A stretch of DNA of 59,421 bases, counting the filler, from Sphacelaria rigidula (lineage: Eukaryota), in assembly GCA_964200075.2 (NCBI GenBank). It is 9 parts of 9 records of this genome, joined end to end, with 100 filler letters (N's around TTAATTAATTAA, not from the genome) between each part and the next. Parts side by side here need not be neighbours in the genome. Positions count along the whole stretch, not along the records: positions 6,615 to 13,128 come from CAXNAA020019615.1; positions 13,229 to 19,742 come from CAXNAA020019616.1; positions 19,843 to 26,356 come from CAXNAA020019617.1; 6 more parts are not named here. One strand, written 5' to 3'. The translations under genes and the position numbers were made by a program. The notes under the pieces are model-generated. The model saw only the letters and a list, made by a program, of their open reading frames with translations. It did not search any database and had not been told where the DNA came from. Shown here piece after piece: positions 13,038-25,040 of the stretch (its first letter is position 1; each line of letters starts with the position of its first letter).

Positions 13038-13228
13038 GTATGTTGACCCTTGTCGTTTATCCCCCACTTCCCCCCTCCCCCCCCCCCCCCACGGCGAAAC
13101 AGGACGGGGATAAGATATGTAAGAGGTTNNNNNNNNNNNNNNNNNNNNNNNNNNNNNNNNNNNNNNNNNNNNTTAATTAATTAANNNNNNNNNNNNNNNN
13201 NNNNNNNNNNNNNNNNNNNNNNNNNNNN

Positions 13229-13437
13229 ACTTTTCCAGGTTTTTATTTTGGTCTATTATAAGAAGCGGCCTAACCTCATCAGTTGCGGTATCGCAGGCGA
13301 CTGCTCGGACGACTGGAGGCAGGGCCTAATGTTTCCACTCAACACGCGAGGACAAATAGAAATGGAGCCAGACTCAGGAACCAAGAACACCAACGATAGC
13401 GAGAAGAATCGCAGGGTCCTATCCTCTCACCTCTAGA
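13229..13437 (-). repeat. RTE-like LINE 3'UTR fragment
   Basis: Reverse complement is similar to 38735-38905 (CTAGAG...CCTGCGATTC...TCGCGTGTTGAGTGGA...GGCCCTGCC). Confidence 0.6.
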
Positions 13438-13472
13438 ATAGTGAGACAGCCATATGTACTATACTATTCATA

Positions 13473-14647
13473 CGAGCTGGGCCAGCCGAGAAGCGATTCT
13501 GTAGTTTGCAGGCCCACTATACGGCCAATCTTTAGAGTTGGGCTCTGAAATTTGTTATGGACAATAAATAGGGCATAATAAAAAAAATGCCAGTGCACAC
13601 GAGGGTTTCTCTTTTCTTTTTCCATGAGTTAGGGGCATTTTACCGATATCTGAAAATTGATTTTTGTCCTTAACTCATGAAAAAGAAGAAAAAAAAACTT
13701 GTGTGCACCGGTAAGTTTTCATTATTATGCCCTATTCATTGTCCATACCAAATTTCAGGGTCCACCTCCAAGTATTGGCCGAATAATGGGCCGTTTAGTG
13801 ACGGAGTCAGAAGAATTTCGGAACAGTATTTTGCAGGCCACTTACCGGCCCACGTTTGGTGTTTGTGTATTGAAACTTTGTGTGGGCCGTGGCTAGGGCA
13901 TAATTGTGGAAACAAGTGGGTCAGGTTGATTTTTTCTTATTTTTTCACTGGTTTAGGGCGTTTTAGTATGGAAACCGCCATTGTTTTACGAGAACGCCCG
14001 AACCTCTCCCAATAAAAAAACTGAGGGCCCATTTTTTTTATTCAGCATATACCCCTGTGGTTCTTTATCCTGAGTTTCAAATTACAATTTCAAAAATTGA
14101 GCTAAAAGATTGAGATAAGGCCCAAAAGCAGTGTTCATTTCTCCTTAAAACTGCCCCAAAACCCCGAAAAAATTTAAAAATAAAACGAAAAAATTGAAAA
14201 AACTGTGTTTATAAGCTGTATAGTGCACTAGCGGTTCTCCATACGAAATTTTATAGCATAACTCTCGAAAATTGACACACGATATCCAGGTCTAGCTAAT
14301 CTCGCGCATCTGCTCGTAATATGCTGATTTTAGTATAGAAACTTATGTGCGCCATATCTCGAGATAGATTACCCATTAGGTGGAGGTGAGGGTATATATC
14401 GTCTCCCCGTGCTTCAGGAAATGTCCACACCAAAATTCGTCGACATCCGCTGAATGCATCGTTCGGGGGTTTCATAGAGATTTTAGTATGGACGCTATCT
14501 CCCTTAGGTATAGGAATTACTNNNNNNNNNNGGCACATTCTCCTTGGATAGATGATCAATACAATATGCGGGCCATGGCCCAACTCGTCCGTGTCGACGA
14601 GATATTGCTTTGAGAGCTTAAATCCGTGTCTAGGCTGGCCCAGCTCG
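13473..14647 (-). mobile_element. Second copy of the 1.2-kb TA-target non-autonomous transposon
   Basis: TA|CGAGCTGGGCCAGCC...GGCTGGCCCAGCTCG|TA (perfect 15-bp TIR). Internal palindrome at 13547-13757. Confidence 0.85.
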
Positions 14648-16074
14648 TAGTCGTAACAAGAAACCATCATATAACACACACCACCTCGGGGAAGGGAACA
14701 AGATACATGCACGTACACCAAAGTGCAAGAGCAGTATAATGTATGTTACATATGGTCATTGGTGTTGGCTACACACATCATCATGCCTCAACTCAAATGG
14801 CACGGCAGTTACATAGATAAATTTCTGGAGGGCACATGTAGCGCAGGCAGTTGACGATTGATCCCCAAGTCTCCACAGCTGTCTTAATTAGCAGCAACGC
14901 AATCAAGATTTTCCGAAGCGTGCGGGACAAATTTCCCTCAGCCGGACAGTACACCTCCTGCTATCTCAACACTCCGCCGCACCCGGTCGCCATAGCGGGT
15001 GAGCTAAATAAACTCCGCAAAAGGCTGTCCCATAAAAAAATACAGGACCGTATTGAAAAAAATACTCACAGGAACTCCTGAGCGCGCTGCTTGCATCTTG
15101 AGTCAATTTTCCTTATGTGCCTGAGACATTCAAACATGAACGTAATTGCAGGCACGGGGAGCGAGCAAAACACGCAAGGAATACGCCTCCTGGCTGTTTC
15201 ATTCTGCACACAGACAGGCAGGACGTATTTGAGCGTGATATTTCGAAGGCGCTGCCGTGCAGTTTTTTTCATTCCAGAGACCCGGGACTGCCACTACAGG
15301 ATAGGCGGTATGATATAGCGCCGATGCTACACCCTGCGAACAAGCACCAAGCGTGTGAATCCAAACATTGCGCCTCGCCCGCAGCAACCCAATGTAGGCA
15401 TGATGACTGGCAGCTGGGTATCATCTTGGTAAGCTCACCACACGGCACAGGGGGCTCTTTAACTTCTCTTGAGGGAGACATATCCCCCCCCTCCCCGATC
15501 TTTCGGGTATAATACCGATTCCTCACAATCTACCGTAGGCATAACATATTTAGAGAGAGAGATGGGGAAGATACGGAGTTGTCAAAGTTGTTTCCACACC
15601 AAATATGGAAATATCACGGCCCAGGCGGCGCCCGGACATATATTTCCCTTCTCTCGATGATCAATAAGCAAACCTACGATGTGGTGCAGAATAACCCAGT
15701 GGTATGCGTAGCACCCCCTCCCCCCTTCGTATCCCCCCAAGGCTACGTGGACGAAGCCGTTCATCAGCGAGAGCCTCATGTCAATAAGGCGCCTTCAACA
15801 TATCAGGCAAATCCAGCGCTGTCACGTTTGCAGTTGCGTATTCGTCCACAGACGATGCTGAATACAGAGAACAGGAAAAAAAACATGTTCTGGACAGCAC
15901 TGTGAGACGAGCTTCCAACAACGACTACTTCGTTGTTTTGATTGACGCTCATCGCTAGGAATGTGTACTGGCTGGACATGGGGTCTAAAAAAAGTAGGAT
16001 CATACGCAAGGAGATCTAGGACCAGCGACAACTATGGTACCGCGTTACTACGAGTTCGGGGTGACAACAGACTT

Positions 16075-16780
16075 GTAAAGGCGGTTGGGGTAGGGTACGT
16101 ATCCTTGGGTACCATGGATTTTCAGGGTATGTCGGGCACCTAGTTACCCCAGGACACGAACGGGTATGGGGTTACCGAAAATACGCAGTATTCCAGGGTA
16201 CGCAGGGTGTCGATAGCCAAAAATACTCGGTGTGGTAAAGCACTCAGGGTTCTAATTGCCAAAAGCTCTGAGTACCATAGGATACCTTCGGTACCCGCCC
16301 CCCGAAATAGCCGCTGTGGTATCCGGAGTACTGAATACGTCGGGTACCCAGGGTACTTGCTGTCAAATATACTCAGTAACTCAAGGAATCCCGTGTACGC
16401 ACGCACCCAAGTACCCGTTGTTGCATCCGGAGTGCTGAGAGTACGTACTGAGAACCCCGGGTACCACGGGTACCGACTGCTTAGCAACACGTGCTCAGAA
16501 TTGCAGGGCAGCCAGGGTACCAACTGTTGCAAATACCCAGTATCGAAGGGTACCCAGGTTATGGATTGCCGAAAATCCTGAATGTTCAAGAGAACCCAAA
16601 CGTCTATCATGCGACCACGGCTGGACCCCTGGGGGGTCAGTTAAAGTGCGACAATCAATCAATCGATGAAATCAACCCAGGGTATCGACACCCCAGAACA
16701 CTGAATATTCAAGAGTACTCAGGGTATCGATACCCCAAAACACTCTGTATTCCACGGTGCATATTCCAATACTGGGCGGT
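16075..16780. repeat. GGTAC/GTACCC-rich internally repetitive element, interrupted by an (AATC)n retroposon end
   Basis: Dense recurrent GGGTAC, GTACCC and GGGTATCGA-ACCCC motifs. Insertion at ~16601-16668. Confidence 0.55.
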
Positions 16781-16883
16781 GATCTGAACTGGAAAGCTAC
16801 GAGTGAGTGACAATCTGTCTTTTTCAAAGTCGTGCCTGCACAACGCAGGTTGCTTCACGTCACACGCCCATCACCCGAACTAT

Positions 16884-17190
16884 ATTCATCGGCAAAACTT
16901 CAGGCCATTTTTTGGAGTTGGACTCCGAAAAATTGCGCGCATGTGCCATGGGTGATCACGAAACTTCCGATGCACGAGGTTTTTGCTACCTTTTGATTTC
17001 TTTACCGGTTTCCAAGGTATCACGGGTTCAGAGGACCCTGTGCTTCGCTGAGGACCCCGAGGACCGGCGAAAATAATAACTAAAAACCTCGTCCATCGGA
17101 AGTTTTTTATTGACCAATATAACTTGTGTGTAAGTTTTCAGAGTCCAACTCCAGAAACGGCGTGAAGTTTAGCGCCTTTGTGCCATGAAG
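16884..17190. mobile_element. Palindromic MITE (~300 bp)
   Basis: AAACTTCA...GGAGTTGGACTC...AAACTTCCGATG-ACGAGGTTTTT is mirrored by AAAAACCTCGT-CATCGGAAGTTT...GAGTCCAACTCC...TGAAGTTT. Confidence 0.7.
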
Positions 17191-17550
17191 TGGCCCAAGG
17201 TTCTGTTTTGTAGGGTACGGGTATGTTCTGTAGGGTATGAGGTTTCTGGCGGAACTTACAGAACTGTCGGGTACTGATGGAGGTCTTACATAACATACAG
17301 AGCCTGTTGCGTACGGTTTGGAGATTGAACAGAAACCCTTACCCGAAACCAAGTATATATGCAAGGGTATACCCGTCCTCTGGATAAGGGTGAAAATTTC
17401 GTACAGATCGCACAGAACTGTCGGGTACCGGTATGGGAGGCCCACATAAATTACAGAATTGCCGGGTACGGGTATGAGAAGCTTACAGAACTCTTGTGAA
17501 AAGTACTCTCCAGTTTTGGAGTCCCATCGCGTATGATAAATGTCATGAAT

Positions 17551-17822
17551 GAGCAATGCTACGGTAGGGGTGCACTTCTTTCGCGAAATTTTGTCTGGTT
17601 CAGGGGCTCCCAANNNNNNNNNNCCCAACGATTCTGGACGCACAATATTATGGGTCAGGGCATCCCCGTTTGCAGATATATTCGGGATATCCCCAGCACA
17701 TTGGAATAGTAATTCTGGCGTACTCTCGCATATTTCCATAAGTCGTGTTTTGGATTAAATCAAGAGCTCCTAACAATTTTAACCCCAGAAAATATTTGTG
17801 TACCCCTACCGTAGCATCGCTC
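17551..17822. mobile_element. MITE with GAG...CTC termini and 4-bp TSD (Sola-like); second partial copy at 26269-26356
   Basis: GAAT|GAGCAATGCTACGGTAGGGGT...ACCCCTACCGTAGCATCGCTC|GAAT. 26269-26356 matches the right arm in reverse complement. Confidence 0.75.
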
Positions 17823-18304
17823 GAATACTCTTCACGATGGCACGCAAGCTCGGGTACAGCCGAATGATGGCGGGTCATCAGAGCGGTTCCACGTCTGCCA
17901 GGGACTTCGGCAGGGATACATCTCATCCCCGCTATCCATCAACATTTTTTTCGCAGCAGTGGTTGACGTGGTCATACAGCATTCACGGCAGACGCGACCA
18001 TGGTTTCAGGCTTGGTATATCGTGATGATGCGCCGAATAATGAGGATGGTGACCCCAAAGAAGAGACGCCGCTGGAGGGGGTGTAACGCGCGGTGCGGGG
18101 AAGGCCGTGCGCGGATGACACAGGCGTCATCTCGAGGTCCGCAGGCTGGCTCGGTAGGACGATGACCGTGATGGTGGCGGTCTACCAGGCTCTTCGACTC
18201 CCGGCACCGGCGAACAAGACAGAGGCTAAGCATCTCTGGCCAGTGCCCAGCTGCCAAAAGATCGCACTGCTCATCTAGGCGCCAGGCCAAGGGTACAAGC
18301 TTTT

Positions 18305-18720
18305 TTGATTGATTGATTGTCGCCCTTTAACTGAACTCCCAGGGGTCCACCCGTGGTCTCATGATAGACGTACCCAAGAAAAACGCAACTGGAACACGCC
18401 CTGAGAAAAAGAAGGAATAGAACGAAACAAAAAAAGTCGAATAGAACGACACAGCAGACTAAGTCGTAACAAATTAAAGAAAAAAAAGTCAACACAAGCA
18501 AAGCACAGAAAGAAATGGCCGACCTAAAACAAAACATAGCAAAAAGGAAAAGGAAAAGAAGAGGAAAGTGAAGAGCAAATGAAATAAAATACAAAAATAA
18601 AAGGAAAAGGCCCAAGGGATTCAGGGCAGCAGAGTAGATACAGATACACACCAGTGGGCACCGCAGAGCCACCGACTAAGAAAATAATCAACAACCGATA
18701 TGAGCAGACAGGATTCTCCG
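18305..18720 (-). mobile_element. RTE-like LINE 3'UTR with (AATC)n tail
   Basis: Shared terminal motif at 18305-18376, followed by a purine-rich plus strand (pyrimidine-rich UTR on the sense strand). Confidence 0.65.
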
Positions 18721-18724
18721 ATTA

Positions 18725-19476
18725 AGTAGACGGCCGAAATCATCTACCTTGGTGGTGCCATCAGCAAACACGCGAGTTTTCCTACAGTATTGAAAATCAT
18801 GCGCAGAATCAGCGGGCACGCCGAGGGTAGAGTTCGCCAACTCTACGATTGACTCAAATGTTCAGTTCTTGTTCAAAATCCGTTGCTCGAAGCGGAGGTG
18901 ATGGAAACCGTCCGGTACGGGTGTGCTACTTGACCGGTGCGCCCAGAAGACTTCGTGAGTCTGCACACTTCCGTGCACGGCTTTCTACTGTGAGCGGTTG
19001 ACTTGCGCAGGATGTATCACATCGAACACAAGACTCTGGTCTCTCTTGTGTTTTCCCTTCCTTTCTGAATATCGTTATCTTTGTTTCATTAGTAGTCGGT
19101 GTTAATTAGTGCTCGCGTGTCCCTCCTGCAGAGTTGGTAGCTGAGAGTTCTCGCTCCAGTAGCGCGGTCATCAGGCAACTGAGTCGCAACCTGCTTCCAC
19201 GGCCTTACGTTGTGTGCAGCCTTCATACCTGAAAGCCCTATCAGGGGGCTGTCGCGGCTTCTCGGGATCGGTACTAAAGTGGTCCTTAGCCTGGCGTCTT
19301 GTCATTATTTCATGTTTTTTCTCCTTCTCCTTCCGGTTCCGGTTATATTTATCTCTTTTCCCCCTTTTTTAGTCTACTCTGCGTTTTTCTTCTCATTTTT
19401 CCTGTGAATTTCCCCCTTCTTTCTCTGGCCTCCTTCCGCGAGTGTTCTTGTATGCTGCCCTGGAGTGCGTCAATCA
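18725..19476 (+). mobile_element. Degraded RTE-like LINE fragment
   Basis: IYLGGAIS...LEAEVMETVRYGCAT*, homologous to 37870-38060 (LKAEAMEALMYGCMSW). T/C-rich UTR ends GTGCGTCAATCA. Confidence 0.6.
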
Positions 19477-19904
19477 CTTGACCATGGCTGCATTCGTACT
19501 GGATCAGTTCATGCGACAATCAACGACTTATCGCTCAACGGCCGAAGTATTCCGTTCCCGTTCATCAACCACGTTTCAAGGTTTTTATTCAACCACACAG
19601 AGGATATGTACCAGCACAACCACGACTCGGGGGTGCGATGGCGGCGCTAAGCTATCCCCCCCCCCCCCCCCCCCCCCCCCCCCCACCCCCCCCGCCCGCC
19701 CCTACCCCGCGCCATACCCCCACCGAACAACCACCAACCCACNNNNNNNNNNNNNNNNNNNNNNNNNNNNNNNNNNNNNNNNNNNNTTAATTAATTAANN
19801 NNNNNNNNNNNNNNNNNNNNNNNNNNNNNNNNNNNNNNNNNNTCAATGGTCAAATGACTAAGGCAAGCAACAAATGAGTACGCCTCTCCCCGCAAATATC
19901 GCAA

Positions 19905-21725
19905 ATATAGTGAGAACGATGTTAGAGAAGGAGAAAAAAAATCAGCAAGGGGCAAGCAGGTTTTAGATCAAACGATAGATGCTCAGACCATACGTACAAG
20001 TTAGGCAAGCTTATTCGTTGTAGGTCAGACGCCGGGCTGACAACGTACTGTTTACTTCCAGATGTAAAAAACGGCTACGACACAGTATCGAAAAATGGTC
20101 TGCGGAAAATCATGTGGGAAACTGGGATCAGAAGAAAGATCTTGAGAATGGCGAAGAAGATGACAGAATGCGCAAGAAGTGATATGATGCTAGACGGGGA
20201 AATATCGAAATATTTCGATATTTTACAAGGGATTGCACAAGTATGTACGTTATCACCCATTTTACTCAGAGTACTTGTTAATGGCCTGATAATAGCAATA
20301 GAAGCACCTAAGCAAGAAGTCAAGGTAGCAGAAGATACGAAGTCGGCATTGGTGTTCACGGATGATTTCGTGGGGATATCGGAAATGCCACGAGGGTTGC
20401 AGAAACAGATAGAGAAGGCACTAGAATACACCATAGAGTGTCTAATAAGAAATGGAGAGTGACAGTGAAAGTACAAGAATGCGCGATACTTGTATGTGAC
20501 GAGGACAAGAAAAAACCCGGTAGGGTTCAAACGGAAGCGGGGAGAAGAGAAAATACCGATCGTAGACCAGCATACGTACCGTGGCGTAAATTTATAGACA
20601 AAGGTTCTCGCGATGCATGAATGCACAATGTAGTAAAAGGGGGTAAGGCATAGATGGGCAAGATGGACGTGATCCGAAGAGACTCGCACCTGGACACTAC
20701 AAAAAGACAGAGAAGAGTATTCTGCTGAACGTGATTTTACCAAAGCTAGAATATGCAGGAGACGTATGCGAAGGGAACGCGAAGTTGGTAAAGAAGCTGG
20801 GAACAGTACAGATGACAGCAATTGAGAAAATACTTGGATGCTCGACAAATGCAGCATTGAGAGCAGACTTGAGAATATACCCACTTGGAACAAATTGAGA
20901 CATGAGGAAAATGAAACTGCTGTGTAGCGCAAGGAACATGTCACAAGAGAGGTTGCCAGCCATAGTTGACAGGGCTGTATGAAAGGAAGTGACGAAAGGG
21001 CAGGCTGAAATAAGGCGGGATATCCCAGTCGAGAAAATAGGGAAGGACATCAGAGGAAGCAAACATTGGAAAATGCCCAGAGGTGAATGTGGCGGGTACA
21101 AGATAAAAGTAAGAGACAACGTTGAAAGAAGGGAAAAAGAAGCGCTAAGACGGAAAAAAGACGAGGAAAAACACCTGAAGATGTACGAAGGCTGAGAAAG
21201 GGAAAATAGATGAAAGCATATCTGCATGGCCCAATGGTTTCTGCGAAAAGGTTGAAACTGCATTTTCGGGTGGGACACCTCGACCTGCCAGAAATAAGGA
21301 ATAGGCATACCAGTAGTCGAATGGAGGAGGAGGTAAGTAGACGGACAAAATTGCCCCCGTGGCGAAGCAATAGAGAGTAGTACTCATATAGTGGAAAAAA
21401 GTGAACTATACAAGGAGGAATGGAACGCGTTAGAGAGGAAAGTACGGGGAGTAGATGAAGGTGGCATGAAACGTTTGGCGCATAAGACAGTAGTAAGAAA
21501 ACGGTCTTTACACGAGGAGATATATGGTGGCCATCCAGACGGGGAAACAGGGTATGGATGAGATATGTAAAGTTTTTTTTGAGTAACGTATGGAAGAAAC
21601 GTAATGAGCGCCCAAATGTTGAAGGTGAATTTATCACGAGTAGGAACAGTGCTCCGTTTCGTAAGGGAAGCATGGTCAATGGTCAAATGGCCAAGGCAAG
21701 CAACAAATGAGTGCGCCATCCCCCT
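19905..21725 (+). pseudogene. Non-LTR retrotransposon (LINE) reverse transcriptase pseudogene with conserved 3' end and C-rich tail
   Basis: DVKNGYDTV...QGIAQVCTLSP...VFTDDFVG...KWRVTV are RT motifs, with many stops and frameshifts. The 3' end AGTAGGAACAGTGCTCCG...GGTCAATGGTCAAA...GGCAAGCAACAAATGAGT recurs elsewhere in the window. Confidence 0.9.
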
Positions 21726-22331
21726 GGAAATCCTTTGATACCTCTGGGCTATGAGCCGACGAAGCTGCTCCGAAGTAGGCGTGAAAGTCAAATCATCGAA
21801 GAGGCATACTGGCTTCCCTTCGTCAGATTTCTGTTACCTGTTCCCTACTACTCAGTCGCTTTTGGGGAACATAAACCATGAGAATGGACCTGCACCAAAC
21901 GTTTTTGTTCATAACCTGTTTTGCCGCCATCCGACACCCCACTCTACGCGTACAGAGTGCACTGTTTCCAACAACCTCTCCTCCACCTCACACAACAGAA
22001 CGAACAACACATACGCAAAAATCAGAGGAACATACGGGTAATGTATCTGGGTCGTTTTGGTGACAGAATCGTAGGGGTGGATCTGCAGGCATTCTTTAGC
22101 TTGGGATGAACGTGAATGCGAGCGGGGAGGAACGCCGCAACGGGTGGAATTGCCAACCCAACCCAACAATCGCATCGTAACGTCATGCCTCGTGAGGTAT
22201 GTGCCGTGAAGCCGATACCCGGCTTAGCTCACGTGTAGCGACACACGGGAGGGGGCGAGCGGAGGAGTCTTTTGCTGTGGCACCCGGGATTGCTGCGATT
22301 ATCTTGTTCCTTGCTCGCTTGTGGAGTACCT

Positions 22332-22835
22332 TTGGCCATTTTTCAGAATTTAAACTTAGATGCCAGCTCAGCTGTCAAGTTTTAGTTCACATCGGTATTT
22401 ATGGCGTTGGATCTGTACTTGTACAGATTTGACGATTTCGTCCCGTCGGCAGCCGATTCTCCTCCAATGAAATGAATTTTTGGATCCCAGTCCGTTCGGT
22501 AATGTTTCTCGGCTAGCTGTGAGAAAATTGGACCCATTCTCGAGTTCTCTGCACGTGGATTTGTGGTATGCCACATTTCTGCTCAAATTAAGACACCCCC
22601 GAATATGCTACAAAAGTCAGATTTGCGGCCCCCACCTTCAACGTCCGGAGAATCAGATATTTAATCTGGATTTATTACAGCTAGCTGAGAAACATTGCCC
22701 AACGGACTGGGGTCCGAAAAATAGTCCCGCGGGAGAAATCGCCCGCAGTCGGGCTGAAATCCTCACTTTTGTACAAGTACAGACTTGTCTCCATGAAAAG
22801 CAGTGCCCACTGGGCTTGACTGAATAAGTGGCCAA
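22332..22835. mobile_element. Palindromic MITE (~500 bp)
   Basis: TTGGCCA...TCTGTACTTGTACA...CCCAGTCCGTT...AATGTTTCTCGGCTAGCTGT is mirrored by ACAGCTAGCTGAGAAACATT...AACGGACTGGG...TGTACAAGTACAGA...TGGCCAA. Confidence 0.8.
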
Positions 22836-22849
22836 TTCTACGTCCCGCC

Positions 22850-23450
22850 AACTAGCTTTCCTCTCGGCACATCAGTCGTACTCCAAAGCGTTCTCCGTAC
22901 ATGATGCGAAATGCTAGAGCATCGACATGATGGCAGCGGAGAACGACACTCTTATTCACCGCACGACTCGCACGTCCGAACAGCGAACGCTGGCCCAGGA
23001 TCACCTGTGGGGTCTTGGGTTGGAACGAGGGTGGCAGAAGAGGGGAGGAGGTCGTAGACGAATCGACGGGTATGCCTAAGCGACGACCTGGGAGAGTTCG
23101 GAATCGAACCGTAACTGGAAAATCATTCGCCGGGAAACGAAACCCAATAGCGCAACCGGATGCACAACTGAGGGACGGCATTCGCTGAGGCATTGGCGCA
23201 ATATCGAAGAAAAGCCGCGTACAAACGGAGAAACCATCTGCTTGAATGGACGTGCTACATGCTCTGGTAACGGCTTCCCCTCCTCTTCCTCACCCTTCGC
23301 CTTCGTCATTGCTTTGAGTTGTTGTTCTGTTATTCGCGTGCAAATACGTGAAGAGATGATCATGCGGATTATGCCGCCTTGAAATGAGTGCCTCGGTACT
23401 ATCCAAGGGAATTCCGGTGCACTGTTTCCCGTGCGGCTCTGGGCTAACAA
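22850..23450 (-). pseudogene. Possible degraded IS630/Tc1-like transposase
   Basis: Across frameshifts: GGIIRMIISS...SPFVRGF / YCANA / RYW / MIFQL...YPS...LFCH. This resembles the G-x-MVS...GYW...M-x-x-Q...F-x-FDH pattern; recognised by eye only. Confidence 0.35.
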
Positions 23451-23859
23451 ACAAACGGCTGCTGAACCTCAGATACTTGGCACAAGTAAAAAATAATGAT
23501 GGCCTTGCAGTCAGACCGAGCGATGGAAGAGACATATTATGTTTTCATAAGTGTTATCTATGTCTTTTCACCGTTTCCGCGCACGTTTCCATCCCTTGAT
23601 TTCGGGGCATTGCGCTAGCGTGGTACTGACGCAATGACCTACTACCCGAAGCATTCCAACGCTATTTTTAAGATCACGCAGTTTCAGACTAAATTGCCGA
23701 CACTTGCGCCGCTTGAGGCGATTCTTCCGATACTACCCTTTCCACTGCCACAAGTGTCGACGACACCTCCGGAAGTGCCGTCTGCACTTCAGACGTGGAA
23801 AACAGAACAGGCGATTCTGAAAACGTAAACGAAACTTTTTCAGGAGAACAAACTGAGGT

Positions 23860-25040
23860 CGAAATTGTGTATCATACTTCCTCTGTCCCACAAGTCTGTG
23901 CAATTATGTTTGTATGAGCCCTTAACGATTTCCGATTTGATTTTCATTTTTTTGGTTGCATTCGTTAGCGTTTTTTTAGTTAAAAGCAATACTCTTCCTG
24001 CAACGTGGGTGCTTGCCCCGTGTAGCCTCGCGACCGCAAAAATGTGGGTCGGTCAAGATATGGCCATTTTTCGCTTTTTTCCCAGGAAAGCATAGCAGAC
24101 CCGGGAATCGCGCAAAGTCGTGAAAAAATGTGAAAACCACGAAACCACCACTGATTTGGATATCTTCGTGACGTTAACCTACGCATGCCCCATCTAACAA
24201 ATTTTCAGCATGTAATCGCTAGTACTCGACGTAAAAACGTCCAAAATCGGTCAACATTGGGGTATGTAAGTGGACCAAAAAGGGCCAAAATGGGGTATAT
24301 TTTGACATAATTTCAGTAATGAAAACGAGTTTTCTTTCTTCTCTTTTTTTTTCTGAGTCAGCTTCGTCTGTGCGTTATCTCTCTAACGAGCCCAATTGTA
24401 GGATGATCATCAGCGTTGAAATACCCGAACGATCAAACGTCCATAACTGCACAGACTTTTGGGACAGAGGAAGTATTGAACATAATATCCGCCAAACGCA
24501 CCTTGAAGGAAACCTGTGCTGGGAAGTAGGTTCGATATCATATATATTTTCAACCTCCGTTCGGTACGCAAGGAAAATCTCGCTCCCAATTTCCAAGATC
24601 GTCTGTTACATGTCGGTAATTTTGACTAATAACACGAGATTCTACGAAATGATGTATGGATTTTGTTTCCAAGGCTGAACCTCAGGAGTCGTAATAAGCA
24701 TCGAAATACTTCGACGTGAATGTGCCAATGCGCTCTCCAGCCGTGATGTGAGGCGTCGCTCATCCTCAAAAGAGTCCATCCACAATTTGCGAATCCCCGT
24801 GTTCATCCCAAATAAATTTGATCTCTGTCCATCCTTATTAAAAGAAAAAGTTCTTACTTTTTCAGAGTCCCCTGTAAACATGGGATTTTACATATTGCGG
24901 AAGTATTTATTTTTAGGGATGAGCGAGGCCATACATCACGGCCGGAAAGTGCGCTTGCATTTTCTCTTTGAGAGCATTCCGATGCTTATGAAGGTTCCCA
25001 AGGTTCATTCTTCAAAAACTCATCCTCAATTTGTAGAATG
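23860..25040. repeat. Structured foldback region with several inverted repeats
   Basis: ATACTTCCTCTGTCCCACAAGTCTGTGCA (~23873) is inverted at ~24448-24476. The palindrome at 24640-25037 is homologous to 8270-8655. Confidence 0.6.

Noticed and set aside
11104..14647. A single 3.5-kb giant inverted-repeat element
   Set aside because: The two arms are on different contigs. Each has its own TIRs and TA flanks, and they are clearly diverged.
18305..19476. Twin-priming 5' inversion of a single LINE
   Set aside because: The plus-strand part ends in its own tail-like motif (GTGCGTCAATCA) and no TSD was found. Two head-to-head copies are simpler.
20075..20944. 289-aa minus-strand ORF (and similar ORFs at 20697-21791 and 57205-58896)
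   Set aside because: These are antisense shadows of the LINE RT and Gypsy gag-pol, with no protein motifs.
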